A stretch of DNA of 64,000 nt from Lingula anatina (Eukaryota; Animalia; Brachiopoda): positions 18,228,001 to 18,292,000 of the forward strand of contig CM120640.1 in assembly GCA_051362555.1 (NCBI GenBank), in the 5' to 3' direction. The notes beneath the pieces were generated by a model. The model was not told the origin of the DNA, ran no database searches, and worked only from the letters and a program-made list of their open reading frames with translations. Shown here one piece after another: positions 52,301-64,000 of the stretch (positions are counted from its first letter, which is position 1; each line of letters starts with the position of its first letter). Made by a program: the position numbers and the translations under genes.

Positions 52301-52696
52301 TCCGAAATTGATGTTAAAAGTCGCATTGACCTCACAGACTCTCCTGAAGTCATTAGGGGCAAGATTAAGAAAGCTGTCACAGACTTCACCCCAGAAATAT
52401 TCTATGATCCAGATAATAGACCTGGAATTTCTAATTTAATGGACATTCATGCTGCATTCACAGGCCTCTCCAGTGATGAGATAACAGAACAGAACAAGCT
52501 CAAAAATACTGTGGGATATAAATCTGAAGTTGCAGATATTGTGACTCAGTATTTAACCCCTATAAGGGAAAAAGTACTAAGACTTAGGGAGCAGCCTGAA
52601 TATGTACAACAAATACTGGATAGAGGTGCAGAGAGAGCTGGTGATATAGCTCAGGAGAACTGGATGCAAATTAGAAAGCTAATGGGGTTCAAATGA
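49391..52696 (+). CDS. WARS2: Tryptophan--tRNA ligase, mitochondrial, about 375 aa
   Basis: Exons 49391-49516, 49931-50115, 50578-50659, 50946-51026, 51224-51309, 51876-51997, 52251-52696 (1128 nt). Arg/Ser-rich presequence, [18 protein letters not shown] (HIGH motif), [24 protein letters not shown]. Confidence 0.96.
50316..50483. mobile_element. MITE family A copy, TSD ATATG
   Basis: CAGGGGTGGAT...ATCCGCCCCTG flanked by ATATG on both sides, in WARS2 intron 2. Confidence 0.85.
51517..51808. mobile_element. Fold-back (palindromic) MITE in WARS2 intron 5
   Basis: TGGGGCCATTCAGAAT...ATTCTGAATGGCCCCA termini, with imperfect complementarity extending over 100 nt inward (TGATCCACCGACTAAATA / TATTTAGTTGGCGGATCA; CTCCCTGCCTCC / GGAGGCAGGGAG). 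Confidence 0.8.
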
Positions 52697-52941
52697 TTAA
52701 CTGTTTTACTTTGAATATGTCGTATGTTTGAATCTGCCATTGGCTTTGCTCATTTTTATAAGGGAAAAATAAAACTGTCTTTGGTAAAAACATTTAACTG
52801 AAATGCAATTTTATTGTTTACCCTTACAAAAAGCAAAAACTAGTTAATTTTACAGCACCTGAAATTTGGAGACCAAAAAATATAAGCTCCATTTTCCCAA
52901 AACATGACACACACTTGGTTGAAGTATGTTTTACTTCTGTC

Positions 52942-55900
52942 TCATCCTTGAAACATTGTCTTCATAAGGTCAATCATATTGTAGCAGTCAGTTATCATTG
53001 GTGGCATTTCTTCTCCACAGAATCTCATGTCCAGATATTTCTCCACATTTTCAAGGTTGTCAACCAATTTTGCACTTTTCTCCTGGGAGTCGGCCATTTT
53101 TTCTATATCCAAAAGTTCTAGCACTTGCATTTGAAAATGAACTTGGTCTGTGGGTTCTAATTCTTCCATGGCTGCCATACACTTTTGTAAGAATTCTACC
53201 AATAACTGGGGATCAGATGATGATTTATCACCTTTGCTGTCATCTTTTTTATCATTTGGAATTTTGCCAGCCTTTTTAGTATTCATTGCAACATTACTTC
53301 CTTTTTTAGATGTTTTGCCAGACTTGGACTGAACTGATGTTTTGGCTTTGTTTTTCTCTTCGGTTTTAGCTATGGTTATTCTGGCCTCTAGATTTGCAGC
53401 TTGCTTCAGTTTAATTATTTCCATGGCTTCATCTCCAAGCAACAAAGTTCTGATCTCCATGTTTGTAGCCAAGTCCCCAGCCCTGTGACCATCCTGGAAT
53501 ATTTGATCAGAAGAAATGTCAGTTATTACCATAAAAACTAATTATCAATGACAGCCATAGGAATTTTAGCACGTTATTTGAGCAATTTTTTTTTTTTTTT
53601 TTTGCAAAAGGAGACTTCTAGAACCCCCCCAATTGACTTATTTCTTAGTAAACCAGAGTAACATACATTGTCAGTTATTTCAATGTCACATCCTGCTGAG
53701 AGCAAGGCTGTCACCACATCCAAGTGGCTGTTGATAGCTGCATAATGTATGGCTGTCCAGCCAAACTGAAAACACAAAAAATGTTCTTTAAAGAATGTGT
53801 GCCACAGTTAAGTACCGTGTCTTCATAATTTTCATCCTCTGTTGTACAACTGATTAATTTCACTTAAAGCATATTAATAGGTAAAAAGAACCTTACATTA
53901 CTTACCGAGCACTGTATATTTGTGTTGCACCGCTGGGACAAGAGTGTTTTAGCAACTTCTGGGTGGTTGTATTTGCTGGCCATGTGCAAAGCAGTAAATC
54001 CATCCTGCAATGTGTTTTAAAACATTGACACTGCCTTTGTTGTAAAGAAAATAATGTCGAGCCACATTTTGAAAAAAAATGAAAAATTCATCTGACAAAA
54101 TTTAGCATTATTTCACTCACTAAAATATATATATATTTATATAACATAAGCACGATGTTCAAAAACATCTTGACACTGACGTTACAGTGCTAGCTTTTGA
54201 CCACTTTAATTTGAGATCCCATTTACATTCACGCACCTGGGGGTTCCCCAAAGGGAATCCCACAAATGACGTCACCCCTATAAATCTAAATAGTAAATAG
54301 GTCAAATCAGAGAGAGGCCGGTCACACAGCTTTTGCGGACTTCCATGCTGCAGACGGACGTTTGACGGACGTTAAAACTGAGAAGGCAGGTAATCCCTTG
54401 TTGTTGGAGGACAGGGAGATATGGAGACGGAAGACTATGTCTGCACAGGATCCTTTATTTTCACATTCTTTGTTGCGATTGTGTCAGGAAGACGAGCATG
54501 GATGCTGATAGACATGATTTCAACGATCGTCTTTGGAGTGTGGTTTTTCTTCCCAAAGAGCATTTTGCCTTTGCAGGTAAGTTTTGTACTTCGGGGAAAT
54601 TACCAATAATTTCAGCTATCATTTATACTGGTATGTTACAAATTATTCTGCCCAGATGAAAAGAATAAATGAAGAATTATGTGTACTGCAGTACGTATGC
54701 AGACAATGTTTTGCATGTTAATAAATGTTCTGTATTGATAACTTGATGATACAGTACATACCGGGTATGTACTGTTATTATTATTTTTTTTTTTAATTTT
54801 TAAAATTTTTTTAGCCAGCCACAGCGAAGGAAAAAGTGTATTCATTTTATATAAAACATGTTATTCACCTTCCAATTTTTACCTTTTTTTTCTTTTTTTA
54901 TGTTTTTTCTTAGGCAGATCTTGTTATAGACTCTGGTCATGTTTTACTTTGCCACATGGTAGCTGCAACACTCCTTGGATCTGCAGTGGTGTGGGCATTG
55001 AGTAGAAACTCCAGTGATGAGACGGTGCAAGTAACTATGCTTATCACCAGGGTATTGGTAAGTATCATTATACTCTGAAGGGATATAAAAATGTCTGCTC
55101 TTTTCAAGTGTCAGTCTCACACACACCCACAGATGAAGAATTGCCTGGTTTTACTCGCCAAGTATTAAACTGTAAATTAGGACAGTTTTACTGTAATATA
55201 AACAGGACTGTGAAAATTGTTTTCTCTTATTTAACTTATTATGTCTTTTGTTTATTGATTTTTTAGTGGGGGGAGGGGGAGAAGAGGGGTGTCTCAGAAG
55301 CTAAGGAGGGGGCACTTGCCTGCTTCCTCTGCCTAGTTCTGCCATTGTCTGTTGGAAACTGATCTCTCAGAAGTCAGCATTATGATGCTGCTCCCCAAAG
55401 CCAGTCCTGAATTTTCATTAAACTGTTACTCAAGGTTATGCTAACATCACAGGTACAGCGTAAAATGTGCAACAATGAAACAAATGCAACATTATCAGGC
55501 TATGATAGTTATTTTTATAACACTTTAATGTAGTCATTAATTGCAATATAAAACTTAATGTTGATCTTTTTCAGAGTGCCTCTCTTATACTGATCTACAT
55601 GATATATGCCCAATATGCCAATGCTCAAGCCAAACATGGAAGGTTTACCCAACAGGTATGATGCTTAGATAATGGTGTGACTGAGTATTAGTCAGATTTG
55701 TTTGGGAGATGTAGCAATGTATAAACATTATGTCAAGAAAGTGGACAGAAAAATTCAGATTGAAATAAATACAATACCATAGTTATTAAGTGATGTGTGT
55801 GCGTACTTGCATAATCATGTGTGTGAAACTTATGAGTCCATATTACCATGACAGCTTGGACATGGCTATAAATTATTACCCAAGGTAAAATCCATGCTAT

Positions 55901-58900
55901 GGTTACATAAACCTGCACGTGCAGTAAGCTAATTTTTCTCTTGGGATTCACAGATCTTGAATGCAATAGCACCCAGTTTGTTTTGGCACTTAAACAGAAA
56001 TGTCACTCATGGAGAAATGGTTTTTCGCTAGAGAGCACTAAAATGTTTCTTCTGTATAACAGTCGTGAGGTCTGTAGAAAAGCTTTCAGTTTCAAACTGA
56101 ATGCATATTTCATGTTTTTGCTATGGTGGTAAACATGTCTTACTATCTGCAGTTTCTGCTGCCTGAATGATTCATTTGCTGTGATGTTAGGTTTGGCTGC
56201 TGCCTGAATGATTCATATGCTGTGATATGTTGTTTTGATGTTAAGTTGTTCTGCTGACTACCCACACTAATTTCCTACAGCCTCGGATTTCTCCCACAGA
56301 TACTGGTAGCAGTTTACAGTCACTTTTAACAACTGCCTATGTGTGGTTACATGTACACACATGACTGCTCTATACAAGATAGGTATATTAGGCTGATGTT
56401 CTTAAGCTAATTGGGCAGTCAACAAAGTCAGGAATAAACGATGGGTGATTAGATTTATTTAATGTCATTTACTAGGCATGAAAAGCTGAGTGAACCATTA
56501 GAATTTATCTTGTCATATTATAGTCAGTTGTTTTTACTCTCTTATTTCTATCTGCTTGATAGACAAAAGACATAATTGACATATGCTGAAATGTGAGGCA
56601 GAATCAATTGAAAGTACCCTGAGTTTTAGAGAGTACTGAGAACTCACCTCTCTACTATCTAATGTGAGACAGCAGAGGTGTACTGATAGTAGAAAGGTGA
56701 TTTTCAAGTGCCCTTTGAAACTCCGGGCGAAAGAGAGAAAATTGGGCTGCAGAGAGAGTGAGTGAGCTGAGACTGCCAGATTTGTTAGGTGAAATTGTTA
56801 GATTTTAAGATAAATGTAGGGGAAGAATGCTAATTTTTATTATTTTCATTTTCCATTATTTTCAATTATTTTTAAATTTCATTGCAGAATTATTGGTTTG
56901 GCATACTGGGAACAACACTATGGGACCTTGGAAACATCATCCAGCTTCTGAGAACAGTGGAGTGGGGAGGAGGGGCAGAGAATACCTCGTCAGGGTTGGA
57001 CCACAGCCTAAGGAGGGACTTTTTTGTTATCTTCATCGGGGGAGTTGTAATGGCTACATTTGCTGGGAGTACAGTCCAGTGTTTAGTAAGCATTCCTTCC
57101 ATATTTTTAGTCTTGCATTAACATTATGTATAAAAAAAAGTACTATTGTAGCCTCTATCTGTGGACAAATGCCCCAGCTGGTGCTTATAAAGCTTGGTTG
57201 TCTTCAAAAATTCATTATGGACACAAGTGCTCATTGCTTTGCTTTGTTTGTGACATGATTTATTACCTGCAGATTTCTCAGTTTCTGTCCATATTTTGAG
57301 AGAGTTTTGAGAGATTTCAAAATTGCAGTAATATTATGCATCTTACGCTGTGACAGCATTCTGATCTTCACATCATTAAAAAATAGAAATATCCATGAAT
57401 AAAATGACCATGTCGTGTTATCTGTATTTAAGTCAATTATTGATGCAAAACAGCCAGCTGTCACATTCACAAAGGCTAGACATATCAGATGGACAAAGGG
57501 ATATAAAGATGATGTTGATTGTGTAAGATGTGACAAGTGAATGTACTATTAGGTATGACAGATGTTTTAGATGTGACAAATACAAATACTTCAAATTAAT
57601 TTTTTGTTCTTTTTATTTCAGTTTCCACATCTCATTCTTGACGGTATACATTCTCATATGGACCGCACTGTTGGTGCTCTGAATATTGGAATGGCCTTCC
57701 TGTCCTTCATAGCACCAGGCTTCCACTCAGATGAGGATAAAAGAGCTGTATTACTGGGCAGGATTGTGGTGAGTATGTTCCAGGCATCTTAAGTACCCTG
57801 AAAACACTGTACTTGCCTATGTGGCATGTATGCTGTAATAGTTTTGGCAAAAGAGCAGGTTATTTGAAATATTACTAGATATGGATTTTATCTCTCAATT
57901 TATATAGTTTTAACTAACTAGATGTTAATAATATTAAAAAATGGCTTTTGTATGCTCAAATTCTATGTATTGCTGTGTAGCAAGTTGAAACAATTATATG
58001 CATGTAACATTTGTCATTTGTTCCAGCAATGTATCATGCTTTTGGCCAGTGTTGCATGGCAGCATTTTTATATCATCTCCATGACAACCACACAAACATT
58101 GACAGTGGGGGCACCACTAGCCCTCCTACTGCTCAGTGCTCTCAGTGGATACTTAAGTTCTGGGGAAAGGAAGAAAGAGGATTGAAACATTGCTGGGAGA
58201 TATTTAATCCATACTTTCAGTTTTTCTTTGTATGAATTGGAATTTAATCAAAATAAGTATGTTGTAAGGTGCAAGACAAAGAATAAGCACAAGAGGGAAA
58301 TTATCATCTTATTTCATCCCAAGGATATAAGTAGGCAGCTATTGGAAATTCTGATATTCCTCTTTTTTCAATTGAAAATTGTTTAGCCATTAAAAGATAA
58401 TGTAAAATTTGACAAAAAACTTTATATGCGGAACAAAAGTATAGAAAATTCACATGGGGCATTTTTATTTTTGCTCAGTAAATTTATAAAACTATTGAAA
58501 TACCTTGTTTGTAATCTTTTCATGAGACTGACGAGTTTGTTATGACTAGAGATTGGAATTGTAGAAAATGTTTTGAATGCACTAAGACCAACTTTTAAGA
58601 CCACTGTCTCAGGTTATTTTAACACTAATATCTCTGTTTAACTAAAATACTGTGTGCAATTTTAGTTATTTTGTTTGTCAGTATTAGTTTGTCACATGCT
58701 AGAGTTTACTTACTAGGTTAGATTCAAAGAAGTAGGTAAGGCACAAAATAATATTATCAAAGATGCTTTAAAAATATGCTTCATAGTCGATCACATTTTT
58801 TCTTTAGTTGTTTAAATTAAATGTGCCATAGTGATATAGCATTCATATCTTTGATATTATGCATCACAGCTGACATAAAATGGATTAAAATGTCAGTCTA

Positions 58901-61071
58901 AAAGTTGAGACCAAATTTCAGGCTTTAGTTCTTTTGTGAAACAGGTCCATGATCTATTTGGCATGTGTGTTCAGTTGTTCTCTAATTAAATAATTTGGTT
59001 CATGGACATGTTGCATTCCAAGTGAAAAAGTGGCAACAGCTGTAAACTTTGTAAATTATTATTCTCATCTCATGATTAGCATGAAATTTTCACCAAATGT
59101 TGAATATAATTAACATATTTGAAACATTTACATCTCAAGCAGGCATATTTGTTTTGCCTCTTTATTATTTAAGATTAGTTTGTAAAAAGTAAGTCATTTG
59201 TTGAAAACAATAATGCTGTTAGGGTTCTAGTTTTGGTTGGACAAAAATGTATATAATTTCTGTTTTAAGTGTTGTGCTTCCTTAGTTTTCAGTTTTGAAT
59301 ATAATGTGTTTGGTAGGATCGGATAACATGTTTTGGTATGTCTTCATTTCTTACTTAAAGTAAGAAGTCTTCCATATCAAGCTTTTATTTTTTCTTGATA
59401 TGAACATTGGACTTCTGTATTTTTACTGTTCTTTTTGTACACTTAAGATAACGTGAAAGGGATTTTTGTCAACAAGCTTGAAAGGCTTCCTTCTCTTAGG
59501 AGCCTTTTTTTAGCCATTTTATATTTTCTGTAATTTAATTATATATGCATCTTGCAAGTGCAGATTTGTGGCAGCTTTATGATTTTGTAATAAGCATTGG
59601 AAAATAAAAAGATCCCTTTCAGAAAGATCGTATTCTGCTTTTTTCCTTACTCACTCAAACAGGAAACACATGGCATTTACAGTTAAATAATCTGTTAGTA
59701 CCCAGTTAACCTGACATCTGTTTTTAACCCTTTAAATTTGCTCAAATATTACTTCAGCTCATCAGTACATTTGCTCTTTATGGAATCTAACGGATGATTC
59801 AGTGTAACTTTGACACCAGAAAATTTGTGAAATTCACATTACAAAGAGCTGGGTTACTGTTCATATTAAACAATAAAATCTGATCCTTAAGATTTGTTGA
59901 AGTCGAAGATGAACAATAATTTAATTAAAGTGAGGAATAATGCCCATTCTACTTTATTATCATTTTAATGAAAAAAGGTAAAATAATAATGGTTTGTAAA
60001 GTAGGATATGCCCTTACCTTTGCCTGTAGGTTCACATCAGCCCCAGCATCCAGCAAACATTTCACAGTGTCTGTGTGGCCATTACTGCTAGCTGCATGTA
60101 GAGACGACCATCCTAACTGTGAAAGAATCAAGGTTTTATTTGGAAGGACACCAATCACAGGGATGAGACTGCCATTTAGTGAAAAAGACGTGGGGTCCAA
60201 CCTACCCTGAACCCTCCAACCCCAGTTTTAATTTCAGATGCAAACTTTCATACACATAATTTTATAATCACAACTACATTATATTTCTATTTAGCATTTG
60301 TGGTGTTTTTACTGCATAAAATAAAATTATAAAGTAACCTGCTTTTTTAATTTTGTTGCTGTTACTCCAAAGGAATGTTCCAATTTCAAACAATTTTGAC
60401 TTAAAAAATACCATCTGTAAAATGCACAGTTTTCCACCTTGAAAAGATTGAGTAATTACAGTAAACAGCTTACCTGAGAAATTACGAGCATGTCCCAGAC
60501 TTTTTGGCATATTTTCAAACACTTATAAACACTTTTCAGGCATTAAAAATTCATTCATGACCATTTTAATGTTTGTTTACATTTTAACAAACATTTTACA
60601 ATTGTAACATGGTGTCTGGTGGGTGCAATCTTATTTTCTCTATTGAACTGATTGAGAGAAAGAGTGCTGTTTCAGTCCGCCATGTTCTGTGAAGCTCTGA
60701 TGGCAACTCCACAGAGCATATATTCTGCCATCACTAAGATAATGGCAAGAACACGCCGTTACATAAGGTCAGTTTTTGCTAGCCTCCGAGTTAAAATGCT
60801 CAAAACAAGGCAATTTCAAAGTACAAAACAATTTTCACAAGAAGAAACCTAAGTATGTCCAACATTTCTTTCATTATTTTTTTTCCACAAATTTGCTCCC
60901 TTCTGATATTTTCTCACACATTTGCCACAAAACCACCTACCCATACTGCTTGCTACTCACATCTGCCATCTTGCGGTCAACACTGGCCCCCATGTCTAAG
61001 GCTAACTGGACAGAGTGGACATCTCCATCCCAGGCAGCAAAATGTAGCTGCTCATCTATACTCAAGGACAT
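52942..61071 (-). CDS. Ankyrin-repeat protein (about 4 repeats, Lys/Ser-rich linker, acidic helical C-terminus), about 319 aa
   Basis: Exons 60961-61071 (MSLSIDEQLHFAAWDGD), 60018-60116 (GWSSLHAASSNGH), 53906-54004 (GFTALHMASKYNH), 53667-53765 (GWTAIHYAAINSH), 52942-53493. The three internal exons are 99-nt phase-0 units of one ankyrin repeat each. Confidence 0.85.
54239..54312 (+). promoter_or_regulatory. Promoter of the nested gene: two kappaB-like sites, CRE, TATA, Inr
   Basis: GGGGTTCCCC 54240-54249, GGGAATCCC 54253-54261, TGACGTCA 54267-54274, TATAAA 54279-54284, and TCAG about 30 nt downstream of the TATA. Confidence 0.65.
54421..58185 (+). CDS. Uncharacterised multi-pass membrane protein, about 294 aa, internally duplicated; nested antisense in the ankyrin gene intron
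   Basis: Exons 54421-54576, 54914-55057, 55575-55655, 56888-57085, 57622-57768, 58027-58185, all phase 0 with GT-AG sites and an open frame (885 nt). About 8-9 hydrophobic segments judged by eye. Confidence 0.82.
56618..56727. repeat. Imperfect inverted repeat / small fold-back element
   Basis: CCCTGAGTTTTAGAGAGTACTGAGAACTCACCTCTCTACTATC pairs with GATAGTAGAAAGGTGATTTTCAAGTGCCCTTTGAAACTCCGGG. Confidence 0.7.
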
Positions 61072-62615
61072 TAAGTGTCAGCTCTCGCCTACAATAAATA
61101 ATGCTTCTTTGCTCTTTTTTCTATTATATCAGTTTTTTGGTAACAATTATATCTACTTGAAATCCCTGATGTTTGACAGTTTCAAGACAGGTGTTCCACC
61201 AGAAACTAACCAAACACTGCCTCACTACTTGACTATAATCAACTACATTTCCAACGTAATCTTAAGCCACTTAAAACCTTACATGTCATTCACTGTATAG
61301 ATTTCTTGTGTAATCTAGAGCCAAAGTTGACCAAATAGTCCTCTGGGAAAGGTTTTTTGTGTGCTATCTTATTTTCCCAAGCCAGTCAATTTGCCTTGTC
61401 TTAAGAAATGTGCTAACTTTCAATACATTATTGATGAACTAAAGAAAAATTCCCTTTTCACACAGCAGTATTCAAATACTCTCTAATAACAGAGACATTT
61501 ATTCAATGATTTTAATTACAATGTATCTTTATGTTATGCCACATGGCCTGCTTCCTTGATAAAACAGAAACCGATAAGTTTGTGTAGTTTACACAAGATA
61601 TAAAAGTTTGCTTTGAAAGTCAGCACTTGCTTTTATCATTGCACTTCAAGGGTAGACATTTATCCCTCCAACTCAAAGGTAATAATAGAAATAATACAAT
61701 ATTGGATACTTTTAAATGAATGAGCATTATATAGGTAAAAAAAACCTGTTTTTGCACATGATGATGCCAGACCTTTTTCACCAACTGTTCACCAACTCTA
61801 TTGTATTTATCCTTTTATTTCTATTCATATCCAATATTAAATGAAAGTATCAAAAGCAGTCATAACTAAACAGTCTTAATGACCAATTGCTGACATAAAC
61901 TATAGCAGACTCATTGTGTAAAGCATAGATTGACAAGATGTATTTATACTGGCCAAAATTACACAGTTTTAAAAATATCTTTTAATTATAAAGTGTGGCT
62001 TAAGCATAGGCTTAAGTATGTTTACTGAAGATCATTGATTGATCTGACTGTCAACATTACTCTGTTATTTCTCTTTTCACCTTTACTAATAACAACTGTA
62101 AGACACTTGTCAGCATTGAAAGCTACTTGAATAGAACTTAGAACTGTTATTTAACTCCCCCCCCCCCCCTCAAAAAAGAAAATATCTTCAATAACAATTC
62201 AAATTTTGGCAAATAATAAAAACGGCAATCTCAGTAGCAGCATTATGATGGCTACTTTCTAATCTAAATGCCCTTTTTTGATTTTAAAATACATTCCTTT
62301 CTGTCAATAAACATAAACAGCTAAAGGTGTCTGGTACTGGCAGCCAGTGATAGCAGCAGGTACTGACACATAAAACTCTTATTTCTAATAAAAGGAAAAC
62401 TATTATTTGTTACATAATGCAAGTATTTCTTGCATATATACACTTTTTAGCACCAGTTGCATAAAATAGTTTTCCTGAAAAAATTTCATCATCTCTTTAA
62501 TGCTGTATGTAAAAATACATCTGAGCTTATTGTACAACACATCTTTGAGCTTCAGTTTGTTTTATTTTAGATGCAACAAATTCTGCCAGAATCAAAAATG
62601 ATTCAAATCAGTTTC

Positions 62616-63509
62616 TCACATATTCCCATTTGGTGTAGCTGACTGTAGCTGTTCATGACACTGCTCCCAGAATTCACGTAACCTGTTGTCTTGGTTACTA
62701 CAAAATGCCCTGAAATCTGCCAGCACTTTATCCTGGAATGACTCATCTCCAGTGTTTGGTGAGCGCCATCTTTTACTCAGCATGGAGTTCCAGCACCACA
62801 GGAAGCCCACCTTGATATCCTCCGTCCCAGCACTAATGTCAGAACTGAAGCTGATGTTCACACTGTCGGCGCGGTTTCTCTGACGCTCTATATAATCTTT
62901 ATGAGCATTACTCTTGGTAAACAGTTTGTGCATAGCAGTGGGGTTTGGCATCCTCCTGTCTGTGAGGCACGTGCTGTTTTCTGGGATGGCCGAGGCTGCA
63001 CTGTCAGGGATCATGACAAACATTCCGCCTGTGCAGTGGACCCACTGTGGCTTGGTGTCATCTGACTGGTAGTTGAGGGGACGAGGTGTCTGCACCAGGC
63101 AACTGTCCAACATGAATCCAAACCTCTTCAAAATGAACTCCTGCAGCAACCGTAATCTTTCTGATCTGGAGTCGCTGTCATATTCTACAAGAAAACGAGA
63201 AAATTATTTTACGAGAAATATTGTAAAATTTCCAAAAACTTGCACATTTAGTATCAATATAAAATTTAAAATTCTACATATTTTATCCATTTAAACAAAT
63301 CAGTAGAGATTTATGAAGAATCAGTGTTTAAACTCACCTGAAAACACTGGACTTATTTCATCATCTGTAAGGCACTGTACATTGAGGGGGACATAGATGG
63401 GACCCCGGAGGGGGTCAGAGTTGTCTGTATAAGGCAAGGCAAAGGGATCCACTGGTACTGCCAGCAAGTGATAGGAGCAAGTACTGACCTTCCTGACCCA
63501 ACCAGATAC
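62616..63509 (-). CDS. DEPDC5: GATOR1 complex protein DEPDC5/Iml1, last two coding exons (gene continues beyond the window)
   Basis: Exons 63338-63509 (DPFALP, DPLRGPIYVPL) and 62616-63184 (QEFILKRFGF, QWVHCTGGMF, VGFLWCWNSMLSKRWRS, DFRAFCSNQDNRLREFW), phase-compatible and matching the DEPDC5 C-terminal domain. Confidence 0.92.
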
Positions 63510-64000
63510 CTGGGAGGAGAAAAAAAACAAATGTGCCAGGTGTGAAGATGACATATAATACAACATTGACAACATAACTGTGTAAAGTGTTACAACATAC
63601 TTGTTATGGCAATATGCATGATATTCCTTCAAATCAGTAGCCCTGAGCACGAGAAACTATCAGGCCAGCTTTTTTATTTTCAAATTTCCATGTGCTATGC
63701 CTGATTGAGAGATGTGCCTCAAAGGTATAGAAAAAAATAAGTAGGCTGGCAAAAATTTTCTGTAGCAGTCAGTCTGTGGAAGGAGGAACTTGGAATTATT
63801 TCTTTAATCCAGTTGGTTGATTGGGAAACTTTCTCTGATCCTCAGTTCCTGACATTCTTCAGTCAGTTTGAACTGAGAATGAAAATATGCTTATTGACTT
63901 TGAGGTGCACCTTGATGACAAAATGAAAAATGTTGACACAAAAATATGAATGGCAGTTGAGGAGGCCATAACCACAAACATATCAAGTTTCAAGTCTAAC

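Noticed and set aside
52942-61071. Calling the ankyrin gene an IkB
   Set aside because: Only about four repeats, starting at the N-terminus, with no signal-response degron. The nearby kappaB sites are positioned for the nested gene.

Overview
AT-rich, intron-containing animal genomic DNA. Gene and repeat content suggest an invertebrate, probably a mollusc or other lophotrochozoan (inference). I reconstructed exon chains by hand from splice sites and reading-frame phase. Genes in order: an F-spondin/spondin-1-like gene (- strand, 16 coding exons, Reeler-Spondin_N-TSR-TSR-Kunitz-Kunitz-TSR-TSR); ZFC3H1 (- strand, 34 coding exons, about 1969 aa), head-to-head with mitochondrial tryptophanyl-tRNA synthetase WARS2 (+ strand, 7 exons); an ankyrin-repeat gene (- strand) whose 6-kb intron contains a complete antisense 6-exon multi-pass membrane-protein gene with a compact kappaB/CRE/TATA promoter; and the 3' end of DEPDC5 (- strand). 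Introns hold several non-autonomous DNA elements: two near-identical 3.4-3.7 kb composite Helentron/HINE-like elements, a third HINE-like element with a 146-bp DR1-bearing array, MITEs with 5-bp target-site duplications, fold-back elements and a Tc1 remnant. No CRISPR, rRNA or tRNA was seen. Gene identities rest on remembered family motifs, not on a database search.
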